Positions 1 to 13,599 of a stretch of 64,000 nucleotides of DNA are shown here, one piece after another. The notes below the pieces were generated by a model. It was not told where the DNA came from. It saw only the letters and a program-made list of their open reading frames with translations, and made no database searches. Source of the stretch: Azolla caroliniana. Taxonomy: Eukaryota; Plantae; Polypodiophyta. The stretch spans positions 11,284,001 to 11,348,000 of the forward strand of contig JBHGNT010000016.1 in assembly GCA_043228905.1 (NCBI GenBank), read 5' to 3'. Both the position numbers and the translations under genes were made by a program. How positions within the stretch are numbered: position 1 is the stretch's first letter; every line of letters begins with the position of its first letter.

Positions 1-1167
1 TATCACAACCCCTACTTGTAAAAGCCCTATCTAAAAATCTTGCAAAAACTCTTCATCCATCTCTTGAATTGGATGTTCCCTCAAGCATTCTTTGTTTCTT
101 TCATGGTTGGGCCTCATGGTTAAGAATTGGACAATCTTTCTTCCATCTTGACTCTTGATTCTCGCAAAAGCCGAACCATCATCAATCACCTTTGTTTCCA
201 TCCTTATTGCGGTGATATAAGGTTGACCAAGGATGACGGGGTAGGTTGATCGATCAAGCACAAGAAATTTTGATTCACCAACACATCACCAATTGTTACC
301 TTCACACTCGGACATTCTCCAAATAAATCTTCCGTAGTCTCAGTGGCATCTCTTATTTTCCACCCATGACTCTTGTCGATCGGCCACCCTCCTCGAGCAT
401 AAAATTCTGTTGACATCATGTTAATCTCCGATCCATGATCGATCAAAGCAATATATGGATTTTGTTGCTCCCCAATTTTTGCAGGCGCTGTCGTGCCTTT
501 CGGCTCCGGATCGTTTGCGTGAGTCGGGTGGGAACCACTGAGGTTTTGGACTAGGAGAAAGAAGAATATGAGATGAGGCTAGTAATGGATAGATTATTAG
601 AAAGAGAAGTAAGATAGCAATCTCGTGAATCCCACGAGTTTAGTATATTTAGTCAATATTTAGGTAGTAAGAGAGAATTATTTTAGCAAATTCGTGAATC
701 CCACGAATATTTTAGATTGATTGATCATTATAGAAAAATAATCAACAAAAACTACAATGTGCTCCCCATCCTTATATAGTGATGGGAGAGACTAAGCATA
801 GCTACATGCTTTTTTCTAATATGTTCATGCACACTAAATGTGCATGTGATGCTTTTCTAATCCTTGCTTTTATTTGCTAAATATAGTGCTCATGCACGCT
901 AGATGTGCATGAGTCACTTTTTAGTTGCTTGCGTTTTTCTATAAAATATTCACGCACTCTAAATATACATGATTTACCTTTTAATAAAGGTAGGCGCAAA
1001 TAAAGCACTTATAGTTATTAAATCTATTATAGAACACTAAAGATAAGGTAGCATAATGGTAAAGTTGAGGTTTGGCTATGTGGAGGTACAAGGTTTGAAT
1101 CTTGCCCTATGCATGTGATAAATATCTTGATATTCTTATTTTATTTATTTATATGTAATTAAATCGG

Positions 1168-3228
1168 TTATATTATTTTTACTTTTTCACGTAGTGTACG
1201 AAATACACTATGACACTCGCCCCCTCCGAACCCGCACATCCTCCGGTATGTGCCGAAGTTGCCGATGCTCGTTGTCTCCCCTTCATCCTCCGTTTGTCCC
1301 GCTATGTCAACTTTGTCTCTCCATTTTGAGTAGACCCATTCTTTCCACCCGAACCATTGTCGCCATCCGATCCACCATATTCTTTGTTCTCTCTCGTCAT
1401 ATTCTTGGCCCTTGTCATTCGTGGTAGGGTCTTTTACTGGCCTCTTTCTTGTCTTCATCAACCTTGACTTTTTTCCGGATCGCTCTCGTCCGATCGACTT
1501 TCGGTTTGATCGGCTTCCGATCGGATTCGTATTCGGCCGAATCGGAATCGGTTGTTCGGTTTCGATTGAGTCGGTCTCCTTCCGGCCCGGTTTCGATCTA
1601 TCGGTTTCGGTTTCGGTTGGCTTTCTTTTCCTCGTTTTCACCAGCCTCGACCGGTCCAACCTCCGATTGAGTCGGATTAGCTTCTTTCCGGATCGGTCTC
1701 GTCCGATTGGCTTTCGGCTACGTCGGCTTCCATCCATATTCGCGTTCGGCCAAGTCAGACTCAGTCGATCGGTTTTGACCAAGTCGACCCCTTTTCGGGT
1801 CGGCTTTCTTTCGGTTCGTCTTTCGGCCGAATCCTCATTCGCCCGGTTCGGCTTTCGTTTGTGTCGTCTTTCGGTCGAATTCTCTTTCTTTCGGTTCGGC
1901 TTTCTTTCGGTTCGTCTTTCGGCCGAATTCTCTTTTACCCGGTTCGGCTTTCTTTCGGATCGGAATCCCGTCCAAATCACCTTCCATCCGAACCAGCTTC
2001 CGACTTTACCTTTCTTGCCACCACCTCCTGTCTCTCCGGTCTCACGTTGGTTCTCAGACACAACCGCCGAAGTCTCTAGGATTAGTGGGCAGGAATCCTC
2101 GGTATTATCATCCTCTGTCATTTTAACCATAGCCTCCTTCTCGGCTATCTCTCCGTCGTATGAATCGGCTTCGACCTTTGTTTTCTCTCCACCACCTTCC
2201 GTCTCTTCGGTCTCACGTTGCCTTTCGAACGCAACCGCCGGAGTCTCTGGAATCAGCGGTGGAGAAATCTCGATGTGGCCATCCGCCATTGATTCGTCCA
2301 TAGCCACCTTCGATTCGATGTCATCTTTCTTGGTGACCTCCTCAATCAAGTCCTCTTTGCTCTCTTTCACTGCATCAATTATGCTTACCCCTTTTTCACC
2401 CGATGTTTCGGACACTTGTATTCTGAAATCTTCTTCTACACTTGGGTTATCGGCCTTATCCTTCGTCGTTGTTCTTTCGCAAGACAAGAGGGTAGCTTGT
2501 TTTACACCCTCTTCCGTCGCACCATCATGTTGTATTTCGGCCTTCATATCGGCTCCATCGTTTGTCTTCAATCGACCATCCTTCATCGGCCATGTCGTTG
2601 ACAAGATTCTCATCTTCCTCTCATCATGTCTCCGGCATACCCTTTCGACTTTGGCCCAATCCTCGGTAAGACCGTTCGCACTGTCATCGTCTTCGAGTTC
2701 GATCCCGATGTCCATCCTTTCTTTTCGATCGATCGATTTTACGAACATTAGGACTTTATCCTCCCCCACCAATCGTTGTTCCTGCTCCGAGAGTCGAGCA
2801 AAACGATGCTTGAACTCTAGGAATGCTTGTGTTGCACTTCGGTGGGTCTTCTCCGATGCCACCCATTCGTCGAATTCTCGCCGATCTTTTCCCTTCGATC
2901 TCTTGTAATCATATGCCTCTCGTAAAGCTTCTTCGAAGGACCCCCATGTTGGATTTTGTTGCCGTATCTTGTAGATTCTTTCTTGTAGCTCATCCGTGGC
3001 CACCCGATTGAAGGATGTCACTTGCAATCCTTCCGGTATCCCACATCGTATCATCTCCGCCTTGTAGTCACGTAGATAGCATGACACATCGTTTCCGTTG
3101 AATTGTCCATTTCGTTGTACGAGCCGCTTTACTGCCCCCGTGATCTCCGACATCGCTCGTTGTTCTTGTAGCATCCGCTCGAACATCATCATCATCGTTA
3201 TGCTCATTGCCTCTTGTTGATTCTCCAT
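1168..3228 (-). CDS. Gag-derived protein (686 aa from ATG 3228) with a long acidic then basic repetitive tail
   Basis: Uninterrupted ORF. The N-terminus resembles the gag of the host element. Contains 16-aa ERKPNRxxENSAERRT repeats and reads into the 3' LTR. Confidence 0.75.
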   Translation of the reverse strand: MENQQEAMSITMMMMFERMLQEQRAMSEITGAVKRLVQRNGQFNGNDVSCYLRDYKAEMIRCGIPEGLQVTSFNRVATDELQERIYKIRQQNPTWGSFEEALREAYDYKRSKGKDRREFDEWVASEKTHRSATQAFLEFKHRFARLSEQEQRLVGEDKVLMFVKSIDRKERMDIGIELEDDDSANGLTEDWAKVERVCRRHDERKMRILSTTWPMKDGRLKTNDGADMKAEIQHDGATEEGVKQATLLSCERTTTKDKADNPSVEEDFRIQVSETSGEKGVSIIDAVKESKEDLIEEVTKKDDIESKVAMDESMADGHIEISPPLIPETPAVAFERQRETEETEGGGEKTKVEADSYDGEIAEKEAMVKMTEDDNTEDSCPLILETSAVVSENQRETGETGGGGKKGKVGSWFGWKVIWTGFRSERKPNRVKENSAERRTERKPNRKKENSTERRHKRKPNRANEDSAERRTERKPTRKGVDLVKTDRLSLTWPNANMDGSRRSRKPIGRDRSGKKLIRLNRRLDRSRLVKTRKRKPTETETDRSKPGRKETDSIETEQPIPIRPNTNPIGSRSNRKSIGRERSGKKSRLMKTRKRPVKDPTTNDKGQEYDEREQRIWWIGWRQWFGWKEWVYSKWRDKVDIAGQTEDEGETTSIGNFGTYRRMCGFGGGECHSVFRTLREKVKII

Positions 3229-3244
3229 CTCCTTACCACCCGTC

Positions 3245-3262
3245 TTCACGTCGGGTTCACCA
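3245..3262 (-). promoter_or_regulatory. Primer binding site complementary to tRNA-Trp
   Basis: Plus strand TTCACGTCGGGTTCACCA matches the recalled 3' 18 nt of plant tRNA-Trp(CCA) including CCA. It lies 4 nt inside the 5' LTR boundary. Confidence 0.85.
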
Positions 3263-6200
3263 ACTGTGTCGTGCCTTTCGGCTCCGGATCGTTTGCGTGA
3301 GTCGGGTGGGAACCACTGAGGTTTTGGACTAGGAGAAAGAAGAATATGAGATGAGGCTAGTAATGGATAGATTATTAGAAAGAGAAGTAAGATAGCAATC
3401 TCGTGAATCCCACGAGTTTAGTATATTTAGTCAATATTTAGGTAGTAAGAGAGAATTATTTTAGCAAATTCGTGAATCCCACGAATATTTTAGATTGATT
3501 GATCATTATAGAAAAATAATCAACAAAAACTACAATGTGCTCCCCATCCTTATATAGTGATGGGAGAGACTAAGCATAGCTACATGCTTTTTTCTAATAT
3601 GTTCATGCACACTAAATGTGCATGTGATGCTTTTCTAATCCTTGCTTTTATTTGCTAAATATAGTGCTCATGCACGCTAGATGTGCATGAGTCACTTTTT
3701 AGTTGCTTGCGTTTTTCTATAAAATATTCACGCACTCTAAATATACATGATTTACCTTTTAATAAAGGTAGGCGCAAATAAAGCACTTATAGTTATTAAA
3801 TCTATTTATAGAACACTAAAGATAAGGTAGCATAATGGTAAAGTTGAGGTTTGGCTACGTGGAGGTATAAGGTTCGAATCTTGCCCTATGCACGTGATAA
3901 ATATCTTGATATTCTTATTTTATTTATTTATATGTAATTAAATCGGTTATATTATTTTTACTTTTTCACGTAGTGTACGAAATACACTACGACAGCGCCT
4001 CCGTTGTTGCTCGAGCCCAATGGTCCCTTGTATAGTGACTCCTATCCCCTTCATGAACACCAACATGATTTTTGTTTTTTACACTTGCAACATTGATGGT
4101 GCCACCATACAAATCTTGGAGTGTTGCGATACACCCTCCCGTAATTTGATCCGTCACCTGTCTCTTTCTTCTAATAATATCTATGATAACTTCATGAAAT
4201 TCTTTCTTTGCTAACCCAACACTTCTCTTAGAGTAAATTCTACCTTACTATTTAATATTCTTGTTTCTAGTACCTTTTTTATATCCATCGTTATTTCTAT
4301 ATCTGAAGCAAGCTTGAAAGATGGGCCTATCTTCCCTTTTACTCTATTAGCTTCCTTCGTCTCAGGAGCACCCTTTTCCATATCCCTTCTCTTTTGTTCT
4401 CGTGTCTCATGTTTCTTTGGCGGATCAACCTCCTCAACTCTCTTTCGCTTCTCTTCCACTAGTACCTCTTGTGCATTCACTTGGGCAAATGTTGATAGTG
4501 CATCTACTGGATCATTCCATCCAGTGAAGTTCCGTATTTCATCTCCTGCTCCTTTTAATTCATCCACTCGAACTTTCCCTTTTCTTGCATACTCCATCAC
4601 ATCTGGCAAAAAGTTAGATCCACCATATGAGTCTTCTACATGCAACCCTAAGGTTGCCACACATTGTTCGCTTGAGTCGTTTCTCTCTCGGCATCTTCCA
4701 TTAGCTTTTTTATTCCACCTCGCCCAAAGTTGAGTTGAAGTGGTTGTCGAGTGAATATTGCCATCTTGGTAGTAGATTTTATTATGGTTAAGGGCATCCC
4801 TATGTTCTTGACAGTCTTTCTTTTGGTGGTCAACACTATCGCACCAGATACGCCTTCAGACAATGCAACCTCCTTGCCTTGACGAAGTTGAGCTTTGTCC
4901 CGATTCCAGCTTCGTCACTTTGATCGACAAGTCTTTCATGCCTTTCACCAATTCGTGCAAGAGTGACTCTTCTACTTTCTTCTCTCCCAATTCGTTCCCC
5001 AATTCATCTCCCTTCGTCTCTGGCAGCTCCATAAACCATAACTTTCTTTTATAAAAATGGGAAGCCCTTTTCACCTCCTCCTAGTCTTTGGTAAGTCCAC
5101 TTGGATTATTTTGATCTTCCAAAAGCATTCCCAAGTCCTTCCTGTCTTTAATATTAGTGGCTTAGAGAAACAATATTACTTTATCTGTCATTAGTATTTT
5201 CTATCCCTAATATTTAATTGTTCAAATCTTTCAGAAAACTCTTTTAATACTTCCAAAACACTTAAATGTTTATCAGACTCTACCCAATCCATGAAAGCTT
5301 GCCTTGTCATCCTTGACATATCGTTGAGGTTGTATTCATTGAGTAATGCTCTTTCAAAAGTCGTCCACGTCTGATGCTACCTCTGTAGCTCCTAGATCCT
5401 TTCTTGTAGCCCAATCGCAACAACTCGACGAAAGCTATTAACTTTTGCAGCTTCTTCGATACCTCGTTTAAGCATTTCCTCATTGTAAATCTTCAGAAAT
5501 CTTGTTAAATTCATACCTTCGAAGATTCCTACTCATGTGAGAATATTGTCGACGACTTTGTTGATGCTTGCCATCATCCCTTGGTCTCGCATAATTCGTT
5601 CCATCATCATACACATAAGCCTCATTTGCTCCTCCATTTTTCCTTGTCACCGCCTTGACGTCGGGTTCACCAAATGTGTAGGGGTAATTGTGGTTTGTGC
5701 GGCAAAGTCACAAGGACTAAGGTTAAAGGAAGTTGGCTATATATTTTATAAAATTTGGGCGTTGATGTTAGAAAGATTAAGGATATGAAGACAAAGTAAT
5801 GTGTGTGAGAGGGACGAGTATAGATAAAAGATAGAGACAATGTATGATTTAAGAAGCAAGAGTATATCATATGAATATGATTTATATTAAAAAAACAAGA
5901 TTTTACCAACGCTTGATTTGAACCCTTGACTTCAACACCAAGAGACAAGACACTTCCCCAAATGAGCTAACTTCTTTTTTTGATAAATTGTTTGATTTCT
6001 TACTTTCTCTTCCTTGATTCTCCTTTTCCCTCCTTCACTCTTTTTATAGGTGCCCCCATGCATATGATGCATGTGAGGGTACAAGGCATGCATGTAGTGC
6101 ATGAAATGCATGATCGCCATTTGGTGTTCATGAATTACATGTGATGCATGATAGACATCTCGCTCATTTGAGCTTCCATGTATGAAAATATGCATGGGAT

Positions 6201-7030
6201 AAGTATAATCATGAAAATATACTTTACAAACAAATAATCTAGCTTAATGGTGTATACCTTGTGTTTGGTATTCAAGGTTGTGGGTTCAAGTCTCTCAATT
6301 TTACTCAATACAATATTTAGCTTCTTTGTTATATCCTAAATCTATTCTTTGCAATATTTTTAAAAATAAATAGCCTAGCTTAGAGGTACAGATATTGTAC
6401 TTCCTATATAAGGGTTTGGGTTCAAGTTTCTCAAATATTAGTAAATACAATATTTAAGTTCATTTTTTATATCGTGAAGCACATTCTTCACGACAGCATT
6501 CCACGACCCCTCTGGTCCAATGCTCCTCGACCCCTTTGGTTCCACGCTCCTCGGCCCCTACAATCGGTACGTTTACTCTTCAGGCCCTTCTCAGCTTCCT
6601 CATTGTTGCGACATTGGCACCCCTCGATCCATCGACTCCTCCGTATCGACGTCGACTTCGGCTCCTTCCTTGTCCGCCTAGCCTTCATATGATTCGGCTC
6701 TCCTGAATCAAACTGCTTGACTAAATCGGCTGTCTCCAATTCTTCTTCTACTTTTTCTGAATCGGTTGTCTTCGATTCACCTTCCTTCACGTTTGCCCAT
6801 CTCCTGGTCTTGGTCTTGGCCTTCTTGTTTAGGTTGGCTTTTCCCTTCTTGGCTTTGCCACTTGCCTTGCCTTTCTCGGCTCTGCTTTCCCCATTGTTGG
6901 TTGGCTTCGGCTCCCGTTCATTTCTTTGGCCACGCCCCCTACATCCGTCCTCGACTTCGTCAGCTATCCCAGAATTGAATTCCTCATCCGATTAAGCTTT
7001 CATGCCATCATCTCTCTCCTGTCCGACTTC

Positions 7031-9667
7031 ACTCCCCCCCCCTCAAGTTTGGCATGTGAAGATGCTACAAGCCAAGCATGCTCAAAAAATGCCGCAACTT
7101 GTCGAGGCCGAGAGGTTTGGTGAAGATATCGACAAGTGTCGATCCGTCAAAACATACACGAGTGCAACTTCATCGGAGAGAACTTGTTCACAAACAAAAT
7201 GATAGTGCACCTCTATATTCTTTGTCCGGGCATAGAAAACGAGGTTCTTCGCAAGTTGGATGCTGTTGAGGTTGTTGTAGTATATTACTGTTAGTTCAGA
7301 TACCTCCACATGCAAATCCTTTAAGAGCCTCTTGAGCCATATGGCTTCGCAAGTCACGACAATCACTCCTCAATATTCGGCCTCAATACTCGATAGTGCT
7401 ACTATCGGTTGTTTCTTGTTGCTCTATGTGATCGCGGTGCTTCCAAGTTAGAATGCAAACCCAGATGTAGACCTCTGATCGCTGGCATTTCCGACCCAAT
7501 TGGCATCTGTGTGGCTAACTAGATGTTCGACTACACCTACTTGATTGAAGGTGCATTGAAGGTGTTTTGTGCTTGGCTGCGACATGAACTGACTAATCAA
7601 CCCAATCAGATAACTGAGCTCCGGCCGGGTGATGGTTAGGTATATAAGGCTTCCGATAATTTGTCGGGACCATGTCAGATCGCACGACGCTTCAGATCAT
7701 TTATGAAGCTTAACATTTCTATCTAGATGATTTGAGGCAGATTACAATCTATCATTCCGAACTTGAAGAGCATATTCAACACATAATGTCATTGGCTGAT
7801 TAGTATGCCTTCGACAGTGCAGATTACTTCAATCTTGAGGAAGTAATGAAGGTCCTCTAGATCCTTCATGTTGAATGATACCGCAAGTTGGGATTTGACA
7901 AGACCTATTTCTTCCAAGTTGGCGCTGATGATGACTAAATCATTGACATATTGCAAAATGCTTATTGGCCCATCTCGACCTTGCCGAATGAAATATGAGG
8001 AGTCCAATTTCGATGTAGCAAACCCCATCCGACATAGTCGCTGCGTGATCATTGCGTTCCAAGCACGCGTGGCTTGCTTTAGTTCATAGAGGGACTTCTT
8101 CAGTCAAAAAACGGCCGACGTGTTCAATCCGAACTGAAATCTGGGAGGCTGCACCATGTATACTTGTCCTCAAGCTCACCTTGCAAGAACGTGTTCTTCA
8201 TGTCCATTTAATGCAAGTGCCATCCCTTTGTCGCGGCTACTGCTAGCAGCACCTGGACGATTGTCATTTTGGCAACTGATGCGAACGTTTCGTCGTAGTC
8301 GATGTCGTGCTGTTGCATGTATCCCTTGGCCACCAATCTAGCCTTGTATTGGTTGATGGAGCCGTCGGTGTTGTACTTGACCTTGTACACCCATCTACGT
8401 CTGATCGGCTTTACACCCTTAGGGGCATCAACCAAGTCCCATGTCTCGTTTTTCGCAAGTGCACACATCTCTTCCTCCATGATGGCATGCTAGTTAGTTC
8501 GCGTTGTCGTGAAGATTTTCGGCAACGGTGTGAAAATTGCATGGAATGTACAAAATCGAGTGTGGTTCTTCACACACAATCTGAAACAATAATAGTGAAG
8601 ATATTATTTTATACTAGTTTAATATCTTGGTACGAAAAGATGGATGTCTTCAAGAGCTTCCAAATGTACTTTACTACATTTGAAACAGACAACTAAATGT
8701 CACGTTATGTGAATGTGAAGTTTGAGAAGAAGAAGAGAAAAACAAAACTATGAGATATCCCACATAGATAGGACAAATCAGGATCCCACAGTACATAAGC
8801 AGAGCCAAAACTCATTACTTTTTGTCTATGAGTGGAGCACAGAATGTTCTTGAGCTAAACTAATCGGATGAATGGGTGTGGCCTAACAACTTGTAAAGGT
8901 TTTGGCCGACTGGATGGAGCCGGCGACCCGGCGATGGAGACCGGGACCGAATGGTGACGAACAGGATCGGATCGGGATCAGATTGAACCGGTCGTGGGAC
9001 AGACGGATCAGTTGGTTGATCGCGGTGTATGGTGTTTTGAAGATTTTCGGTGTAAATACAAGACCAAAAGCCTAGTAGCATTTTGTGTTTTAAAAGGGAT
9101 GTGAGCAAGGCATGAAACTTGCACCTCCAAGATAGGAAGCAATATACTTACCACTAAGCCAAGTCATTTCCTTAAAAGTTATATTTTTATCATTACACTT
9201 TTACATGTAAATTCTCATACATGAGAGCTTAGATGATGACATGGCAAGCATGCATTGCATGCATTACGTGCATATCTTGCAACCTCACATGCACCATATG
9301 CATGGGGGCATCTATAAAAGAGTGGAGGAATCAAGCAAATGAAACTAATAAAAAATTTGGGAAAAAAATAAGAAACTTGTAACCCTATTGTTGATGTATC
9401 TTCTCTCTTAAATCTAAAAGTTAAAAGTTCAATATTTATCTCAATATCTCTCTTTCGTCATATCAATCTCTTTCAATCTATCTTAAATACTTTCTCGCTA
9501 AAGCTAGTACAAACTTCGAATCCTTCCGGTCCAAAACCCCGACGGTTCTGCCTCACGATCCGCACGTAGTGACAAATCTTCACAACATCGTCCGTCGCCA
9601 CCTCTACGTAGTCCTCCAGCTCACACACTTTCGTCACCTTTGCCATATACGCATAGTGATGCGCCAT
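7031..9667 (-). mobile_element. Degenerate Ty1/copia RT-RNase H fragment, related to 55092-60505
   Basis: Motifs [36 protein letters not shown]-like tract at 7031-7045. Split by a solo LTR. Confidence 0.85.
8505..9587 (+). mobile_element. Solo LTR of the Phygy-like group
   Basis: Inverted termini TGTCGTGAAGATTT...AAATCTTCACAACA. Flanks GCGT/TCGT (4-bp TSD, one mismatch). CATG-rich block and TATA region shared with LTR 5677-6495. Confidence 0.8.
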
Positions 9668-12600
9668 GTAGTTGTTGTCTCTTGAGAGTTAATGGGCAAA
9701 CAACATATATCGTACCCAAAATTACAATATTTCTCTCTAGAACAAATGTTCTATATTATTTCCAATATAAAAAGGAAATTACTCACAAATTTGACATAGA
9801 AAACTATTCATCTTGGACCAATGATAACAACAATACTAAGAGGTTTGATAGAGAGAACTATTTTTTCAGTACCAAACCATAATAGGGGATCGCAGACAAG
9901 TTTATTAAGAAAGAAGAAACCATACTTACAGTCACAAATGTGTGAAGGAATATGGAACCAAACATTGATACTTAAGATTAATACAATGACTGGGTACATG
10001 TGAACATTACCAAACAAAATGAAAATTTCACATACGATTAATCTAACGTTGTTGCAACTATTAATTAAGTTATAATATTGTCAAATAAACTAGCATTCTA
10101 TTTTTGAGCAATGAAAACAATTTTTGTTGATTCACAAAGCCATAGGTGGAGATTATACACAGATTTTGACAACGAAATTTTATTAGTCAGAGACCATAGC
10201 TTGCATCCTTTAAACTACCAACAAAATATAGTTGCAAAACACTTAAGGATTCTTTAGATTTTCCTCCAACGCAAGGTGCGAACTTAATGGCACTTTAAAG
10301 TAGACCATCTTAAACCATTCATCTTCCATACCACCACATAATCGAATCCATGTGGTTCAAAGGTCAATAAACTCCCTCTCATAAATGTTTTACTCTATTA
10401 TTGAGGACATACGCAAGTGAAAGAGTTCCACTGACACTTCCGTTGCATTGCAATGTCAAATGTACTTTTCTTTAAATTGTTGCACCAATAGTTGGTAATT
10501 AACTTGCTGGTTAGGTCGCACGGACTCACACTGATTCCTTGCTCATCCATAAAAAGTGGCCACCAATAGAGGATGCTTCTCAAAATCCGTCATCTTCCTT
10601 ATTGACATTGCATGATGTTCGAAGGCATCCAACAACGCTCCTACATCTTGAACCCCATCACCTGCAAAAACAAACGGAAAAGCCATATTGGCTAAAAACA
10701 AGACCTTCCAATGGGGTGAATAGATTTTGCCCTCCCTCTAACACGGAAAGATTTTGTCCTCCTTGGAGCGCCAAAATGGTGAAGAGAGATAGAGAAAAGG
10801 TAAAGACGAGAAGAGAAAGAGAAAGGAATGTTATATCACTCCTCCTTAAATGGGTAAGAATACCCTCCTATTTATAGATTTTTGGTTGCGTTATTCTTGT
10901 TTTTCTTTTCCTTTTAAAATATCCTCGAGTTTATGTAAGGTGTTTATTTTTTACATCACTATTTCTCCTCTATAATCCCAAAATTTTCATACAAGATATT
11001 TTGGGAATGCTCTCATTTTTTCATAAAACATTTCCTTTGAAATCTGGATATTGGATGAAGAAGTTATGAGCTTTTTTCTCTACCTAAATCTTTATATCCA
11101 CACCTTGCTTTTTTAAGCTTTTTTCTACTTTTGAAAAATGTCGCTAACTTTATATCCCATCAAGTTCCGTCCTCCTTTAATACTTGATCCTTTCATATCA
11201 CGCTTTATTCTTATATATCTTAGAATCCAATGTATTTGCAACAATTGTTTCTTTCGAACATAAAAGCTGACTTCACACCTAGGATTGAAGGCTCTCAAGG
11301 AGTTAGGGTTAAATACAGCCAATTAATACAACAAACACTTCATTAAGATTCAAGAAACATGATTATACAAGAGAAACCCTTTATATATTAGGATTCAACA
11401 AATAGTTCCTTAATTTCAATGGTTTTACAAAAGGATTAGTTAGGATTTTTACGAGAAATCAACAAAAACAATATTATTGAGCTTGGTTAGAATCCAAGCT
11501 TAGTAATATCTCCAAGACCTTGGCTACGATAAATGGAAATGATGGCTTTTGTTGATGTAGTATACTTGGGCCATTTTATGCTTCCTTTCTCAATGGAGAG
11601 CCGAACTCCAATAGAAGAAGAAAAGGTTAAAGGATAGGTGGTCCAACTCCACTTTCACACTCCTACACTCTTAAACTCCAAGTAAGAAATAATAATAAGA
11701 AGAAAAAACCCTCCAAACACCAAAATGAGCATGCCTTTCCTTTTTTTATATAGTAAGAGGGCATCGCCACCAACCACATTTAATGCTCACCTAGCCCTTT
11801 TCCATAAAATATGCAGAGAATAGGTTCTTCATTCGCTGACTGAGGCTTCAACATAGTTTTTGTACTAGTATATTTAAATTTATGTTGCTTGAACTTCATG
11901 GGTGTACACCCCAAACAACTTTTGTGGAAGTCATTAGTGTATATACACATGTCAATTCTTTCCTTCCTCTCACTCAAGAAATCAATTCTTGGTTGAACAG
12001 TTCCTGCGGTAATCTTTTTCTAGCTTTCAACATTGTCCTCCATTCTCAATAACCTTCTTCAAAATATACGATAAGCCTCTAGGACCTTAGCCTAGCAAGG
12101 CACGAGTCCAATTGTGCTTGTCTATCCTCCAAAATGAATGTTAGATCTTTTCTAAAGTATTTGTCTCTCTAGTCAATTGATGAGAGCTCATTCTACTTCT
12201 TCTCAAATTCTCTCAATAATTCTATAACCACTCTCAATCATTTCTACTATTAGAGAGTCAACCTTGAAGCCTCACCCAAGTTCATTATATGTTGTGTAGG
12301 TTCCAGTCATATAAGTAAACGAGATGGTTGGGGGAATGAGAGTGGGAATATGTGTGACACATGTTGGAGAGTATGAAGTGAAGCTAAACACATTTATTTC
12401 TTGACTATATCAATTTACACCACTTAAACAATAACACTTTGATCATCTTGAGAATGTAAGATGACTTAACTTACACATCTAATGCATGTGTGTAGGGAGA
12501 GATATTCAAACACTCGCTCATCTCTTGATGGTTAAAAACTCTTGTGAGTGACCATTCCCCTTTCACCCTTGTTTGGTTTCCTCCTACATGAAACTCTTCC

Positions 12601-13599
12601 TTTTTTCCCTCTTATTCTCTTTAATTGATATTGTCTTCTTCTTCTTCTTTACTTCACACTCTTTAATCTTTAATGGTATTGTCCGCAACTTCACTTTATT
12701 CCTTATAAATCGGCCATGTTTAAGTTTTTAGAATCTTCCTTAAAATCATACATATGGCCTTAAGTACATAGGCCTTTATTAATTCATAATTATGAAAATG
12801 GTTTTCCTTACACTTCAGAACAATCTATTCTTGAATTTATCAATATGCCCACTTACTAAAGAAACAACTAAACGAATGGGTGATTACAAATCAATTACTG
12901 AGCTACATGTTAGCTATAATAGCACGTAACTGTTTTTCACATGTTTTTAGCTAGCTATTTGTTTCATAATATAATACACAATTACAATTTATAGGTATCT
13001 TTTATAATCCCATATAAGCAAGCTCGTCATCAACCAAATTGGTATTCTTACTTTTTCCACGTGATTTGTGTTCAAAGGATAAGTCACAATAATCTTAGGT
13101 AATCTTTAAATCATCTAGCATGTTTATTGGCATTTGTTGTGCATATCCCGAACGCTACTACAACCTCTCCATAACCTCTAATGTTTGTAACCCTTAGTGT
13201 ATGGTTTCGCATTTTGTTGGGTGGCCCAATAAGGTGTCTTTGGATTCCTCTCGGCGAGACAAATCTATTTCACCCAAATCGGAGATTAAAGGAGATAGAT
13301 GTTTCTGATTAGCAAGCCCGCCCTTTGGTTAACATGCCCAGCAGACATATCTGGAAGATGGTCACATCCACATGCAATGGAGATTGATTTTTTCCATTCT
13401 AATTTTAAGGGAGAGAAGAATATGGAATAAACACTCATACAATCAATCAATTATTAGTATCTTGTGATGGTGTAGAACAACATTAAAGAAGAATTAATTG
13501 TTCGATTTCACGTCCTAATAATCAGAAATAATAACAATAATACATCATTTGCGAAGCCTGTAAGTCTTTTTGTAGATTAATAATACTACAGTATGAAGC

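Larger units (their letters stand above)
489..3994 (-). mobile_element. Young non-autonomous, gag-only Phygy-like LTR element (3.5 kb)
   Basis: LTRs 489-1215 and 3267-3994 differ by about 5 C/T substitutions and a 1-nt indel. 4-bp TSD GCGC (485-488, 3995-3998). PBS 3245-3262, PPT 1216-1230. No pol. Confidence 0.95.
31..5637 (-). pseudogene. gag-protease pseudogene, split by the nested element
   Basis: Several stops and frameshifts. Removing 489-3994 and one GCGC copy restores the frame WARATTEAPAKIGEQQNPYIALIDHGSE. Confidence 0.85.
1..6495 (-). mobile_element. Ty3/gypsy non-chromovirus (Phygy-like) LTR retrotransposon, 5' part; continues off the left window edge
   Basis: 5' LTR 5677-6495 (TG...CA). 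PBS at 5658-5672 matches the tRNA-Trp 3' end (plus strand ACGTCGGGTTCACCA). Decayed gag starts at ATG 5637, and the protease motif ALIDHGSEINMM is near 420-450. Interrupted by element 489-3994. Confidence 0.85.

Noticed and set aside
1412-2908. 498-aa plus-strand ORF
   Set aside because: Ser/Phe-rich antisense shadow of the repetitive gag ORF with no independent protein features.
3820-3895. Functional tRNA gene
   Set aside because: A/B boxes are present, but acceptor and anticodon stems do not pair. It is reported only as a tRNA-like cassette.
6496-7030. Extra ORF downstream of copia pol with RGRG repeats
   Set aside because: Low complexity, with no clear start or homology. Probably a repeat-rich 3' UTR, as in 55495-55775.
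9700-13200. Host gene or definable element
   Set aside because: Only faint gag-like remnants (about 10400-10700). No termini or coherent frame could be established.
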